From: Planctomycetota bacterium
Lineage (GTDB): Bacteria > Planctomycetota > MHYJ01 > WSZJ01 > JACPWG01
Length of the DNA: 34,132 bases
Direction of reading: 5' to 3'
Assembly: GCA_016197205.1 (NCBI GenBank)
Contig: JACPWG010000184.1
Location: 1 to 34,132, forward strand
Shown here: positions 26,019 through 34,132 of the stretch, piece by piece
Position numbering within the stretch: position 1 is the stretch's first letter
Layout of the letters: every line of letters starts with the position of its first letter
Notes under the pieces: generated by a model
The model's database searches: none
Told to the model about the DNA's origin: nothing
Seen by the model: the letters and a program-made list of their open reading frames with translations, nothing else
Made by a program: the position numbers and the translations under genes

Positions 26019-27593
26019 TCAGCGCTCCCCGGGGGAAAGTCGGGCGGCAAGGACGTGCTTCTGCACCTTGCCGGTCGCCGTGCGGGGCAGGGCGCCCAGT
26101 TCGAACCAGCGACGCGGACACTTGTAGTCGGCCAGGGCCGCGCGGCAGAGCGCCTCCAGCTCGGCGCGCAGAGGGTCGGCGAGCGGGGCGGGCGGCTCGG
26201 CCGGCGGGCGCGCCGAAGAGCGCGGGACCACGACGGCGCCGACCTCTTCCCCCCAGACCGCGTCGGGCACGCCGACCACGGCCGCCTCGGCCACGCCCGC
26301 GTGGCGGTGGAGGACCTCCTCGATCTCGCGGGGGTAGATGTTCTCCCCTCCGCGGATAATCATCTCTTTTTTTCGGCCCGCGATGAAGTAGTAGCCGTCG
26401 GCGTCCACGCGGCCGAGGTCGCCGGTGTGGAGCCGGCCGCCGCGCAGCGTCTCCGCGGTCGCGGCCGGGTTGTTCCAGTAGCCACGCATGACGTTCGGGC
26501 CGCGGACCACGATTTCCCCGACCTCGCCGGTCGGGACCGGGCGGTCCTGGTCGTCGACGATCGCGAGTTCCTGGCCGGGCAGCGGGAGGCCGATCGAGCC
26601 GATCTTGCGCGGTCCGTCGAGGGGGTTGACCGAGGAGGCGCAGGTCCCTTCGGAGAGCCCGTACCCTTCGAGCAGGAAGGCCCGGAAGCGTTTCTCGAAG
26701 GCGGCGAAGACCTCGACGGGCATCGGCGCCGCGCCGCAGACGCAGAGGCGGAGGCGCGAGAGGTCGCGCCGTGCGTCTTCCGGGAGGGCGTTGAGGATGG
26801 CATAGACCGTGGGGACCGCGCTGAACGCCGTGGCGCGGTAGCGGTCGAGCGCGTCGAGGAATTCGGCCGGCGAGAAGCGCTCCAGGAGGACGAGGCTGGC
26901 GCCGGCCACGAGAGGCGCGAGCGTGGTGACCACCTGGGCATTGACGTGGAAGAGGGGGAGGATGCAGAGGAACCGGTCCTCGGGGGTCATGCGCACCCAG
27001 GCGGCGATCGCCGAGGCGTCGTAGAGATACGAGGCGTGGGTGAGCATGACGCCTTTGGGGCGGCCGGTCGTCCCTGAGGTGTAGATGATGGCGGCGAGGT
27101 CGTCCGGCGCGGGTCCGGCGGCCTTGCAGGCGGCGCGGCCGGCCGGCGACGGCTCCGGGAAGCGCAGCGTCGGGCCGGCGTCGCGGCCGTCGGCGCCCTC
27201 GACCGCGGCGGCATAGAGCGTGCGGAGGGCGGGGCAGCGGGGCCGGACCGCGGCGGCGACCGGGAGGCGCGGGCCATCCGCGACGAGGGCGACGCAGCCG
27301 GCATCGGCGAGGATGAACTCGACCTCCGGCGCTTTGAGCGCGGGGTTGACGGGGACGGCGATGGCGCCGGCGCGCTGGGCGCCGAAGAACGCCGCCAGGA
27401 ACTCCGGACAGTTGCCCGTGAGGAGCGCGACGCGGTCGCCGTGCTGGACGCCTGCGGCCTCGAGCGCGGCGGCGAAGGTCCCCGCCCATTCGTCGAGTTG
27501 GCGGAAGGTGAAACGCAGGTCTCGAAAAAAAAGGAAGTCCTGCGCGGGCCGTTCGAGCGCGCGGAGGGCGAGCAGGCGGGGCAGGGTTTCCAT
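26019..27593 (-). CDS. AMP-binding acyl-CoA synthetase (fatty-acid--CoA ligase family)
   Basis: The AMP-binding signature IIYTSGTTGRPKGVMLTH is present, along with YGLSEG, TGDLGRVDADGYYFIAGRKKEMIIRGGENIYPREIE and the C-terminal lysine motif PRTATGKVQK. The tracked ORF (to 28403) has an Arg/Pro-rich artefactual N-terminal extension; the real start is METLPRLL. Confidence 0.85.
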   Translation of the reverse strand: METLPRLLALRALERPAQDFLFFRDLRFTFRQLDEWAGTFAAALEAAGVQHGDRVALLTGNCPEFLAAFFGAQRAGAIAVPVNPALKAPEVEFILADAGCVALVADGPRLPVAAAVRPRCPALRTLYAAAVEGADGRDAGPTLRFPEPSPAGRAACKAAGPAPDDLAAIIYTSGTTGRPKGVMLTHASYLYDASAIAAWVRMTPEDRFLCILPLFHVNAQVVTTLAPLVAGASLVLLERFSPAEFLDALDRYRATAFSAVPTVYAILNALPEDARRDLSRLRLCVCGAAPMPVEVFAAFEKRFRAFLLEGYGLSEGTCASSVNPLDGPRKIGSIGLPLPGQELAIVDDQDRPVPTGEVGEIVVRGPNVMRGYWNNPAATAETLRGGRLHTGDLGRVDADGYYFIAGRKKEMIIRGGENIYPREIEEVLHRHAGVAEAAVVGVPDAVWGEEVGAVVVPRSSARPPAEPPAPLADPLRAELEALCRAALADYKCPRRWFELGALPRTATGKVQKHVLAARLSPGER

Positions 27594-27689
27594 CGGGGCT
27601 CCGGCGAGGCGGAGGAAGGGAGAGGGTACCCCGGCTATTATAGGGGGCGGGAGCGGTGCGTCAACGGGATTCGGACCGGCGCGAGGCCC

Positions 27690-27719
27690 TTGACAGGGCC
27701 TGAAGCGCTTGCCTATAAT
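27690..27719 (+). promoter_or_regulatory. Near-consensus sigma-70 promoter, TTGACA-N18-TATAAT
   Basis: TTGACA lies at 27690-27695 and TATAAT at 27714-27719, about 45 bp upstream of the ATG at 27764. A GGGGAG Shine-Dalgarno sequence precedes the start. Confidence 0.5.
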
Positions 27720-27763
27720 CCCGCTTCGGCGAAGGGGCTCGTGTCGGATCGGGGAGTCCCGCG

Positions 27764-28327
27764 ATGATGATGGACGAGGAAAACGGGCCGCTGAAGGCCG
27801 GCATTCTGCTTCTGGCGCTGCTCGTGCTGGTCGTGCTTCTCGGCTTGGTCTACAAGTCGGTGGCGGGCGGCACGCAGATCGATCCGGAGAAGGTCCAGAA
27901 GTGGAAACTGCGCGGCGCACGCGCTCCGGCAGAGGGTGCGTCCAGCCAGCCCGGCGGCGGGGCCGTCGGAGGGGACACGGTCCCGGGGACCGAAGCCGGA
28001 GCCGGCGCCGGCTCCGGCGGCGCGGAGCCGCAGGCGCCTGCGACCGGTTCGTCCTCCACGGAGCCGGCGGCCGCGGAAGGGGACACGTCCGCGGCGGCCG
28101 CCCAGGAACAGAACATGAAGCGGTGGATGGACGCACTCCGTCGCGCCTCGAAGCCCCGCCCCGCCGAACCCGCCGGAGGCGAGCCGCCGAAGGCCCCCCC
28201 GGCGAGCGACAACCCGCCCAAGGAGCAGCCTCCCATGGATGCGCCGGCCCCCGGTCCGGACGCCTCCGGCGGCGGCTCCGCTTCCTCCACGCCCGAACAG
28301 GTCCCGGCCGGCTCGGACTCGCAGTAG
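27764..28327 (+). CDS. Membrane-anchored Pro/Ala/Gly-rich low-complexity protein (187 aa)
   Basis: An N-terminal TM helix ILLLALLVLVVLLGLVY is followed by PAPG-rich low-complexity sequence. It lies downstream of the consensus promoter. Confidence 0.5.
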   Translation: MMMDEENGPLKAGILLLALLVLVVLLGLVYKSVAGGTQIDPEKVQKWKLRGARAPAEGASSQPGGGAVGGDTVPGTEAGAGAGSGGAEPQAPATGSSSTEPAAAEGDTSAAAAQEQNMKRWMDALRRASKPRPAEPAGGEPPKAPPASDNPPKEQPPMDAPAPGPDASGGGSASSTPEQVPAGSDSQ

Positions 28328-28837
28328 CACACGACCCCGCAAGTGCGAGGACGTATGCCTGTTTTCCGTGGCTCCTTCCCGCACCCAGCATCTGCTGCCC
28401 CATTTTGCGACCGTCGAACAGCCCTCCCCACCTTGAAAGGGCTGGGCGGTAGCCCTCGGAGGCCGAGGCACCGTTCGTAGTTCCGCGTTCCGGCGGCGCG
28501 TCCGTCGGCTTGGCAGGGGACCGCCGAGCCAGCGTCGGAAAGTTCAGCCGGCACCACTTCTCGCCCTGGCTCGTTTCGAGACGAAACCCGGTTACGTTTC
28601 GAAGCGCAGCGGCACCCCCGCTCCCTATCGTTCCTCGTTCACGGGCTCATCATAACTCAAGCGTTCAATTGTACTATCTGAATAAGAAGTACCACGTGGT
28701 GGCCTGGCACTTCGCTTGCGGGGACAGCTTCCTCGACCGCAGCAACCTTTGCCCAAACCAGGGCGAAGTCGATAGCGGCCCGCGCAGGACCGGCAGATGC
28801 GAGAAATTCATGGCACCCTACTGATCGAGGAACAACC

Positions 28838-29383
28838 ATGGACACGAATGCACCGAGCATCGACCTGGACGGGATTCGGATCGCGTCTCCTTGCAAGGTT
28901 TCCTGGGCAAGCATGACCGGCGATGATCGCACGCGCTTCTGTCAGCAATGCCGACTCAACGTCTACAACCTCGAAGGCATGACACGGGACGAGGCGCGCA
29001 CGCTCATCGAGAAGAGGGAAGGACGACTCTGCGTTCGCTTTTTCCGTCGCGCCGACGGCACGATCCTCTTTCGCGACTGCCCCGTGGGGCTCCGCGCAAT
29101 CCGGCGACGCCTGGCACTCCTCGGCGGTGCCGTCGCGGCCGCACTATCCTGCCTCGTCGGGGCGGTGGCGGGCCTGCGGGGCGGCGGGTGGCCACTCGGC
29201 GGACAGCGCGCGGGTGCCCGCCGGCCCCTGAACACGGGGTATAGGGCGGGGGGATGCGAAATCGACCCGTCGTCAGCCCCTGCATCGGTTCCCGCCCCCT
29301 CCCCGGGCGCGTCCGCAAAGGCACCGGCCGAACCCACCCTCGGCTACATGGGAGACTACGCCGAGCCGGCGCCGAAGAAGTAG
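28838..29383 (+). CDS. Hypothetical Cys-rich protein (CKVSW...CQQC...C) with a central hydrophobic segment
   Basis: The ORF follows an AT-rich stretch (about 28640-28700). A CxxC-containing N-terminal domain precedes the TM-like LALLGGAVAAALSCLVGAVAGL. Confidence 0.45.
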   Translation: MDTNAPSIDLDGIRIASPCKVSWASMTGDDRTRFCQQCRLNVYNLEGMTRDEARTLIEKREGRLCVRFFRRADGTILFRDCPVGLRAIRRRLALLGGAVAAALSCLVGAVAGLRGGGWPLGGQRAGARRPLNTGYRAGGCEIDPSSAPASVPAPSPGASAKAPAEPTLGYMGDYAEPAPKK

Positions 29384-29553
29384 CACCCCTCCGAGCCGGC
29401 GGGGAGTGGCGGCGAGGACCGCTCTCCCCGCTCGGCCTTCGTACAGCCACACGGCATGACACCCTCACCCCTGTCGTGCCATGCCGACCGCAACGGCCGA
29501 AACCGCGACCCTCGCTTTCGCGAGCGCCCTTCTTCAGCGCCCACGGCCCTTGT

Positions 29554-29577
29554 GGTGCAGGGCTTTCGCCCTGCACC
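29554..29577 (+). terminator. Strong GC hairpin GGTGCAGGGC-TTTC-GCCCTGCACC (10-bp stem). It has no U-tract, so it is a candidate factor-independent terminator or structured RNA element.
   Basis: Perfect 10-bp inverted repeat about 170 bp downstream of the 28838-29383 gene. Confidence 0.3.
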
Positions 29578-29746
29578 GACGGGCCAACCAGCGTGGAAGT
29601 ACCCGAGCCCGTGGCGTGCGGGGGCGACTCCGGGGAATATCGGTGACGTGTTCTGACCGTCCGCACGCCGGCGGGCGCAGGGCTTCCGCCCGTCGAAGGC
29701 CCTTGTCCGGCGACGCGAGGCCTGCTAGGATACGGGCGTCGTTCTG

Positions 29747-30355
29747 ATGGAGGACACGCCCATGCGAGCAGCACGCCCGTCGGTTTCCGCACCGGCGCCT
29801 CGCGAGTGCGAGGCGTACCGGGATGACCGTTGGGACGAGATGTGGGATGGGGAGCTGCACATGGTCCCGCCCCCGGGCTTGGATCATCAAGACATCGTGA
29901 CGGGTCTCGCAGAATTCCTGCACAGCGAATGCCGGCGCCGCTCCATGGGCACGGTGTACGTCCAGGCCGGGGTTCACGACCCCGAGGCCCCTACCCGAAA
30001 CTACCGCATCCCCGACTTGTCGTTCGTGGCGCGCGGGAACGAGGGCGTCCTGCAGCCGCGCGGCATCGTCGGCGCCGCGGATAGCGTGATCGAGGTGCGC
30101 TCCCCGGACGACGAGAGCCGCGCGAAATTTCCCTTCTATGCCCGACTGAAGGTCCGCGAGGTCATCCTGATTGTCGCGCGCACCCGTCGGCCGGAGGTGT
30201 TTCGTCTCGAAGGCGAGCGCTACGTCTCGGTGCGACCCGTCCGGGACGGCGGTCTGCCGGCCGTGGTACTCGGCGTGCGCTTTCGCTACTTTGCCAGTCG
30301 CCGCGGGCTGCGCCTGGAAGCGGCGGACGACGCTACGCACCAGCTTGAAGTATAG
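29747..30355 (+). CDS. Uma2-family (DUF820) PD-(D/E)XK endonuclease-like protein
   Basis: WDEMWDGELHMVPPPGLDHQDIV, IPDLSFV, SVIEVRSPDDESRAKFPFYARLKVREVILI are hallmark Uma2 segments. Confidence 0.8.
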   Translation: MEDTPMRAARPSVSAPAPRECEAYRDDRWDEMWDGELHMVPPPGLDHQDIVTGLAEFLHSECRRRSMGTVYVQAGVHDPEAPTRNYRIPDLSFVARGNEGVLQPRGIVGAADSVIEVRSPDDESRAKFPFYARLKVREVILIVARTRRPEVFRLEGERYVSVRPVRDGGLPAVVLGVRFRYFASRRGLRLEAADDATHQLEV

Positions 30356-30388
30356 CCGGCGCCGCCTCGCCCGCCATTCCGCCCGACC

Positions 30389-31639
30389 TCACCCGGCCGC
30401 CGCGAACCGCACAGCCTCCCCCGGACTCGTGCCGCCCGCCGTCCCCGCCCCGCTCGCGGCGCCGGCCTCGCCGCCCTGGCCGCCGCCACCCGTGCGCACG
30501 ACCGTGCCCGCGGCCTCCATCACTTCCAGGTGCCCGACGACCTCCGCGAAGGCGAGCCACACCTGCGACACCGGAAGCTCCGCGAAGATCCGGCCGCTCA
30601 CCTGAAACGCGTCGAGTGGCCCCTCCGCGCGGAGCAACGCCAGGATCCGCCCTTCCCGTTCCGCGTGGTGCCGCCGTGTCGACGCGAGCACGCCCGGCAG
30701 GTCCTCCACCACCGGTCCGTGCCCGGGTAGGGTCTTCACCTGACCCAGCCCCTCCAGCCGCCCGAGCGATTGCAGGTACGCGCCCAGCCCCATCGAGCTG
30801 TTGTGCGAGTGGCCGCCGAAAAACGGGTTCGGCGTGATGTCGCGCAGCACCGTGTCCCCGGACAACAGCAGCCCCAGCTCTTCGTTCAAGAGGCAGATCG
30901 AGCCCGGCGTGTGACCCGGCGTGTGCAGCACACGCCACTCCCGCCCCCCCGCCGGCACCAGGTCCCCGTCCGAAAGCTCCACGTCCACGGGCACGCCCTC
31001 GGCCATTTCGAAGGTGCGCGCGTACGCTGTCTCCATCCGGCCGTACAGCTCCGGCGGAAAGCCCAGCCGCAGCGAAAATTCGCGGTACCGGACGTTCGCC
31101 TTTCGCACGCTGTCCGGAAAGCCCTCGCACACGCGCGCGTCGTACCGATGCGCGTACACCCGCGCCCCCGACCGGTTGCGCACCGCCCGCGCCAGGCCGA
31201 AGTGGTCCAGGTGCCCGTGCGTGACGATGACGCCCCGCATCGCCTTGATCGAGGTCCCGTACGCCGCCAGGCCCGCCTCCAACGCGCGCAGGGCCTCCGG
31301 CGTCCGCACGCCGGGATCCACCAGGACCGGCTCCGGCCCCGGGATCAAGTATGCGTTCGTCGCGCCCATGGCGAACGAGGTAGGTACCGCGATGCGAAAA
31401 ACCGCCGCGGCCCCTGAGGGCGCGTGCACCGGCTCCTGGGCGGGGGGCGGGGGCTGAGGCGGGGGAGGGGGCAGGCGCGGCTCGGGCTGCCCTGCGTCCG
31501 ACGGCTTCACGCATCCTCCCCCAGGTACTGCCCGTCGATCGGCTCGGCGACACGTTTCCCAACGACGCGCCGGCGCAGCTTCCTCCGGGGAGTCGGCTCC
31601 CCAGTCGCAAGGGAGAGGATGGGGTCCAGCAGGGTACAA
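30389..31639 (-). CDS. Metallo-beta-lactamase-fold hydrolase. The start is uncertain: the tracked N-terminal roughly 80 aa are Pro-rich and may not be translated.
   Basis: The HxHxDH motif VTHGHLDHFG is present, plus downstream His (HTPGHTPGS) and Asp ligands. Confidence 0.75.
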   Translation of the reverse strand: MYPAGPHPLPCDWGADSPEEAAPARRWETCRRADRRAVPGGGCVKPSDAGQPEPRLPPPPPQPPPPAQEPVHAPSGAAAVFRIAVPTSFAMGATNAYLIPGPEPVLVDPGVRTPEALRALEAGLAAYGTSIKAMRGVIVTHGHLDHFGLARAVRNRSGARVYAHRYDARVCEGFPDSVRKANVRYREFSLRLGFPPELYGRMETAYARTFEMAEGVPVDVELSDGDLVPAGGREWRVLHTPGHTPGSICLLNEELGLLLSGDTVLRDITPNPFFGGHSHNSSMGLGAYLQSLGRLEGLGQVKTLPGHGPVVEDLPGVLASTRRHHAEREGRILALLRAEGPLDAFQVSGRIFAELPVSQVWLAFAEVVGHLEVMEAAGTVVRTGGGGQGGEAGAASGAGTAGGTSPGEAVRFAAAG

Positions 31640-32007
31640 CTCCTGACCGCGGCGTAGGGCAGCAGCGGCTTGTCAACGGAAGGAGGGAAGTCCAGATCGC
31701 GATCGACGGGCTCCGGGGCCCAGCTCGTCGTTCCGGGTGGATAGGATTTCCTCGGTCGAGGATAGGCGGGACCGGAGGCCCTGTCAAGGGAATTGACCGG
31801 GATTGGACTGGCGGGCGGGTGTAACGGCAATTCTTGCCAGGAGAAGCGGCTCCATCGGCGCACCATCCCGCGCCGTGAGGAGACGCCGGCGGCGCTGCCG
31901 TTCGGCGAGGCGTTGCCGGCCCGTGACCGTTCACGGGGAGGTACGCATCCCCACGGAGGCACGAAGGGGGTGACATGTCGAGTCATGCCTCCGACGACTT
32001 TTTTTTG

Positions 32008-32030
32008 ACAGGATAACAGGACAAACAGGA
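32008..32030 (+). promoter_or_regulatory. Three direct ACAGGA repeats (ACAGGA-TA-ACAGGA-CAA-ACAGGA), preceded by a T8 run and a TTGACA hexamer
   Basis: The sequence is ttttttttgacaggataacaggacaaacaggatttt at 31999-32034, in the intergenic region between the MBL gene and the ABC transporter gene. Confidence 0.3.
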
Positions 32031-32393
32031 TTTTCCAATGCCGTGTCTAGTTGCTCCTGTCATCCCGTCACAAAGAGATCCGACGCAATTGCTCGTGGAC
32101 CATCGTAGGTTCGCACAGCCGGCGAAGGTCCTCCGTGAGGCCTCCGTTTCTCCGTGCCCCCATGGTGAACGGCTTCGCCGGCCCCACCCGACCGACCGTC
32201 CGGCCCGGGCGCGGATGGCGCTCGCTCGCAGCGCCTACCCGCTCGCGGAAGAACCGACTGGGGAGCTCACGCGCTTGCTCCGCACGGTCGGTCGCACCAA
32301 AAGGAAGCTAGTGGGACTTCAAGCTAGGTTCTGTAGGTTCTTGGTGGCTCTCGCGGCCCCGACCCGCCTCGAAAGCCTGGGGGGGGAGAACGA

Positions 32394-32451
32394 AGGCTCA
32401 ATTCTCAATGATCAAGGTTCAACCAAGGCTCAAGACTCAATGCTCAACGCC
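32394..32451 (+). repeat. Seven tandem heptamers of the form NNTCAAN (ggctcaa ttctcaa tgatcaa ggttcaa ... gctcaa gactcaa tgctcaa)
   Basis: TCAA recurs with 7-bp periodicity about 310 bp upstream of the ABC transporter start. Confidence 0.4.
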
Positions 32452-32758
32452 TTATTCTCGTGCGTGACCGAATCTCCGGACATCCGCTGACGAACCAGGT
32501 CTGGTAAGATCGGCGTTGGGGGCTCCGGCCTCCCTGAGCCTTGAACATTTGAATCCGCGACGCACCCACAGGATCGATGTTGAAGCCCCACTAGGCGCGC
32601 GCCGATCCTAGCCTTTCACGCATTCTGCACATTTCGCTTGACGGGTGCGCTAGGTCGGTGGTAGAAGCCCGCCTTCGGCACTTGCTCGGCCCCGCACTCA
32701 CGCCTGTCCGAAGCCCCTCCACTCCGACCGTCTCCCGTCCTTATTGCACGCGGAGCAC

Positions 32759-34132
32759 ATGACCCTCATTCGCCTCTTCCGGCATGCGCGCCTCGGGTCG
32801 CTGCTGGAGATGCTCTTTCTTTCGCTCGCAGGTTCGGTCTTCTTCGTCGGACCCTTTCTCTTGTGCTCGGACAGCCTGTCGAGTGGCTCAGGTTGGCCGG
32901 CGCCCGAAGTATTGGGCCTCTCGATCCTGAGCCTTGCGGCGTTTGTCCGCATCGAATCCCTTGCCATGGCCAGGACTTGCGAAACCTTCGAAGATGCGCT
33001 TGCGTGCCTTCGAGCCAAGATCGTAGGCCTCGTGGCGACGAGCGAGTACCCGGTCTCCCGCGGGGTGGGGCCGACCCAACTCCTCGCCGTCGTCTCGGGG
33101 AATGCCGGCGTGGTTGCCGCCCAGTCCGTATTTGTCAGCCAGGTGGTCGTGTCCAGCGTGTTGATGATGGTGGGTTCCCTCGTCGTGGGAAGCGTCTCCC
33201 CCATTGCCCTGGCCATCTTTGCGGCGTTCGGGCTCGCTTGCTATGCGCGGTACGCCTTCGGCACGGAGCGCGCGCCCTTGCGGTGGGGAGAAGCGGCTGA
33301 GTTGCGACTGCGCGCGGCCTTTTCCGAGATCATTGCCGGGTCCCGGGAGCTGGTCGTGGACCGCGACAAGGCGCGAGACCTGTGCGCGAAGGTCTTTACC
33401 GAAGTCGAAGGCGCCGCTCGCGCACGAGTAGGGCCCGGCAGAGTGCTCGAAACCTACCATGCAAACGCGCAGGCCCTCCTGTTTCTTGCCGTGCTCCTCG
33501 TCCTTGAATTGTCCCGAATCGGTTTCGGCCGGGTGCAGCCGCGGCCTTGGGCCATGCTCCTCCTGGCGATCGTCGCATCCCGCTTTTCTCGCGTGTTGCA
33601 CAGCCGCTCCGAGTTGAGGCTGGCGGGGCGCGCGGCTCGAGGCCTCCTCGTGCTCGAGGCCGGCCTGCGCGTGGCGCCGCGCGTGGACACTCCGGTCGAG
33701 ACCCCTTCCGCCTTCCGCGAGCTTCGGCTGGAGGGCGTGGTGCTGGAGCCGCCGACGCGGGATGGGGCCGCGCCTTTCGTCCTCGGCCCGGTCAACCTGC
33801 AGCTCGCGCCCGGCACGGTCACTTTTCTCCAAGGCCCGAACGGCAGCGGGAAGTCCACGCTCCTGGAGGTCCTGCTCGGGCTCACGAGGCCCACCGCGGG
33901 GACGCTTCTCCTGGACGGCACGCCCGTGACCTCCGCGAACCTGGGGGCCTACCGCGCGCTCTTCGCTCCGGTGTTTGCCGCCCCGCACCTCTTCGATGAC
34001 CTGTACGGCTATCGGCCGCACAATGCCGAACTCGCGCGGGAATGGCTTCGGTGCCTCAACCTGCCCCCGGATGTGGCGCTGGAGGCGCCTCATCGACAGA
34101 CCGCCGCGCTGTCCACCGGCCAACGCAAGCGG
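32759..34132 (+). CDS. Fused permease/ATP-binding ABC transporter, partial (continues beyond the window end), cyclic-peptide/microcin-exporter-like
   Basis: It is not in the ORF track because there is no stop in the window. Translation from the ATG at 32759 (preceded by GGAG) gives an N-terminal TM domain, Walker A GPNGSGKST and an ABC signature LSTGQRKR at the window edge. Confidence 0.8.
   Translation, partial: MTLIRLFRHARLGSLLEMLFLSLAGSVFFVGPFLLCSDSLSSGSGWPAPEVLGLSILSLAAFVRIESLAMARTCETFEDALACLRAKIVGLVATSEYPVSRGVGPTQLLAVVSGNAGVVAAQSVFVSQVVVSSVLMMVGSLVVGSVSPIALAIFAAFGLACYARYAFGTERAPLRWGEAAELRLRAAFSEIIAGSRELVVDRDKARDLCAKVFTEVEGAARARVGPGRVLETYHANAQALLFLAVLLVLELSRIGFGRVQPRPWAMLLLAIVASRFSRVLHSRSELRLAGRAARGLLVLEAGLRVAPRVDTPVETPSAFRELRLEGVVLEPPTRDGAAPFVLGPVNLQLAPGTVTFLQGPNGSGKSTLLEVLLGLTRPTAGTLLLDGTPVTSANLGAYRALFAPVFAAPHLFDDLYGYRPHNAELAREWLRCLNLPPDVALEAPHRQTAALSTGQRKR

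Noticed and set aside
23855-26359. Plus-strand ORFs 23855..25177, 25184..26359 and 25215..27077 antisense to the GspE-N-repeat protein and acyl-CoA synthetase genes
   Set aside because: Low-complexity Arg/Gly/Glu-rich translations. The minus-strand genes have family-specific motifs.
31507-31986. 159-aa Pro-rich minus-strand ORF overlapping the start of the MBL gene
   Set aside because: Low complexity and out of frame with the MBL domain. Probably not a real gene or a true N-terminal extension.
32038-32490. 150-aa plus-strand ORF in the MBL/ABC intergenic region
   Set aside because: Arg-rich with no motifs, and it spans the heptad-repeat array. Only its short C-terminal segment is kept as a speculative small-peptide candidate in the findings.
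32888-34123. 411-aa minus-strand ORF antisense to the ABC transporter
   Set aside because: The plus strand gives a coherent TMD+NBD ABC transporter with Walker A and a signature motif. The minus frame is Arg/Gly-rich noise.

Overview
This is a high-GC window (about 68-70% GC) whose gene content looks most like Myxococcota (repeated GspE-N-like modules, WD40-rich STAND protein, ECF sigma); this lineage assignment is inferred, not established. From left to right the window contains the following.

- 1-123: AT-rich DNA fused to a truncated copy of an ECF sigma 5' end plus the selB 3' end.
- About 560-4602: a lower-GC island (about 50-58% GC) with a three-gene minus-strand operon. It encodes a 927-aa HExxH protein, a 159-aa Cys/His protein and a 196-aa protein.
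- 4972-5390: a second, frame-disrupted ECF sigma copy, abutting an intact selB (selenocysteine elongation factor).
- 7575-8495: an inositol-monophosphatase-family gene.
- About 8.5-22.2 kb: an accessory (defence-island-like) segment. It holds a two-gene HEPN module, a relic HUH/Y1 (IS200-like) transposase split by a complete IS with 12-bp inverted repeats and an 8-bp target-site duplication, and a four-gene minus-strand operon.
- 22.2-34.1 kb: an EamA-like membrane protein, a small helical protein, a GspE-N-repeat membrane protein, an acyl-CoA synthetase, a consensus sigma-70 promoter driving a Pro/Ala-rich membrane-anchored protein, a Cys-rich protein, a Uma2-family endonuclease, a metallo-beta-lactamase-fold hydrolase and a partial fused ABC transporter. 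The ABC transporter gene is open to the window end and absent from the ORF track.

The four-gene operon (22139 down to 11678) is the most notable feature. It encodes a bacterial homologue of the eukaryotic major vault protein (MVP), a TIR/SLOG protein, a 156-aa unknown, and a 1558-aa SAM-TIR-NACHT-WD40 STAND NTPase. This co-encodes bacterial counterparts of all three eukaryotic vault protein classes: MVP; TEP1, a NACHT-WD40 protein; and an NAD+-consuming enzyme, here TIR rather than PARP4.

Many long ORFs in the track are GC-driven antisense artefacts. No CRISPR array, rRNA or convincing tRNA was found.
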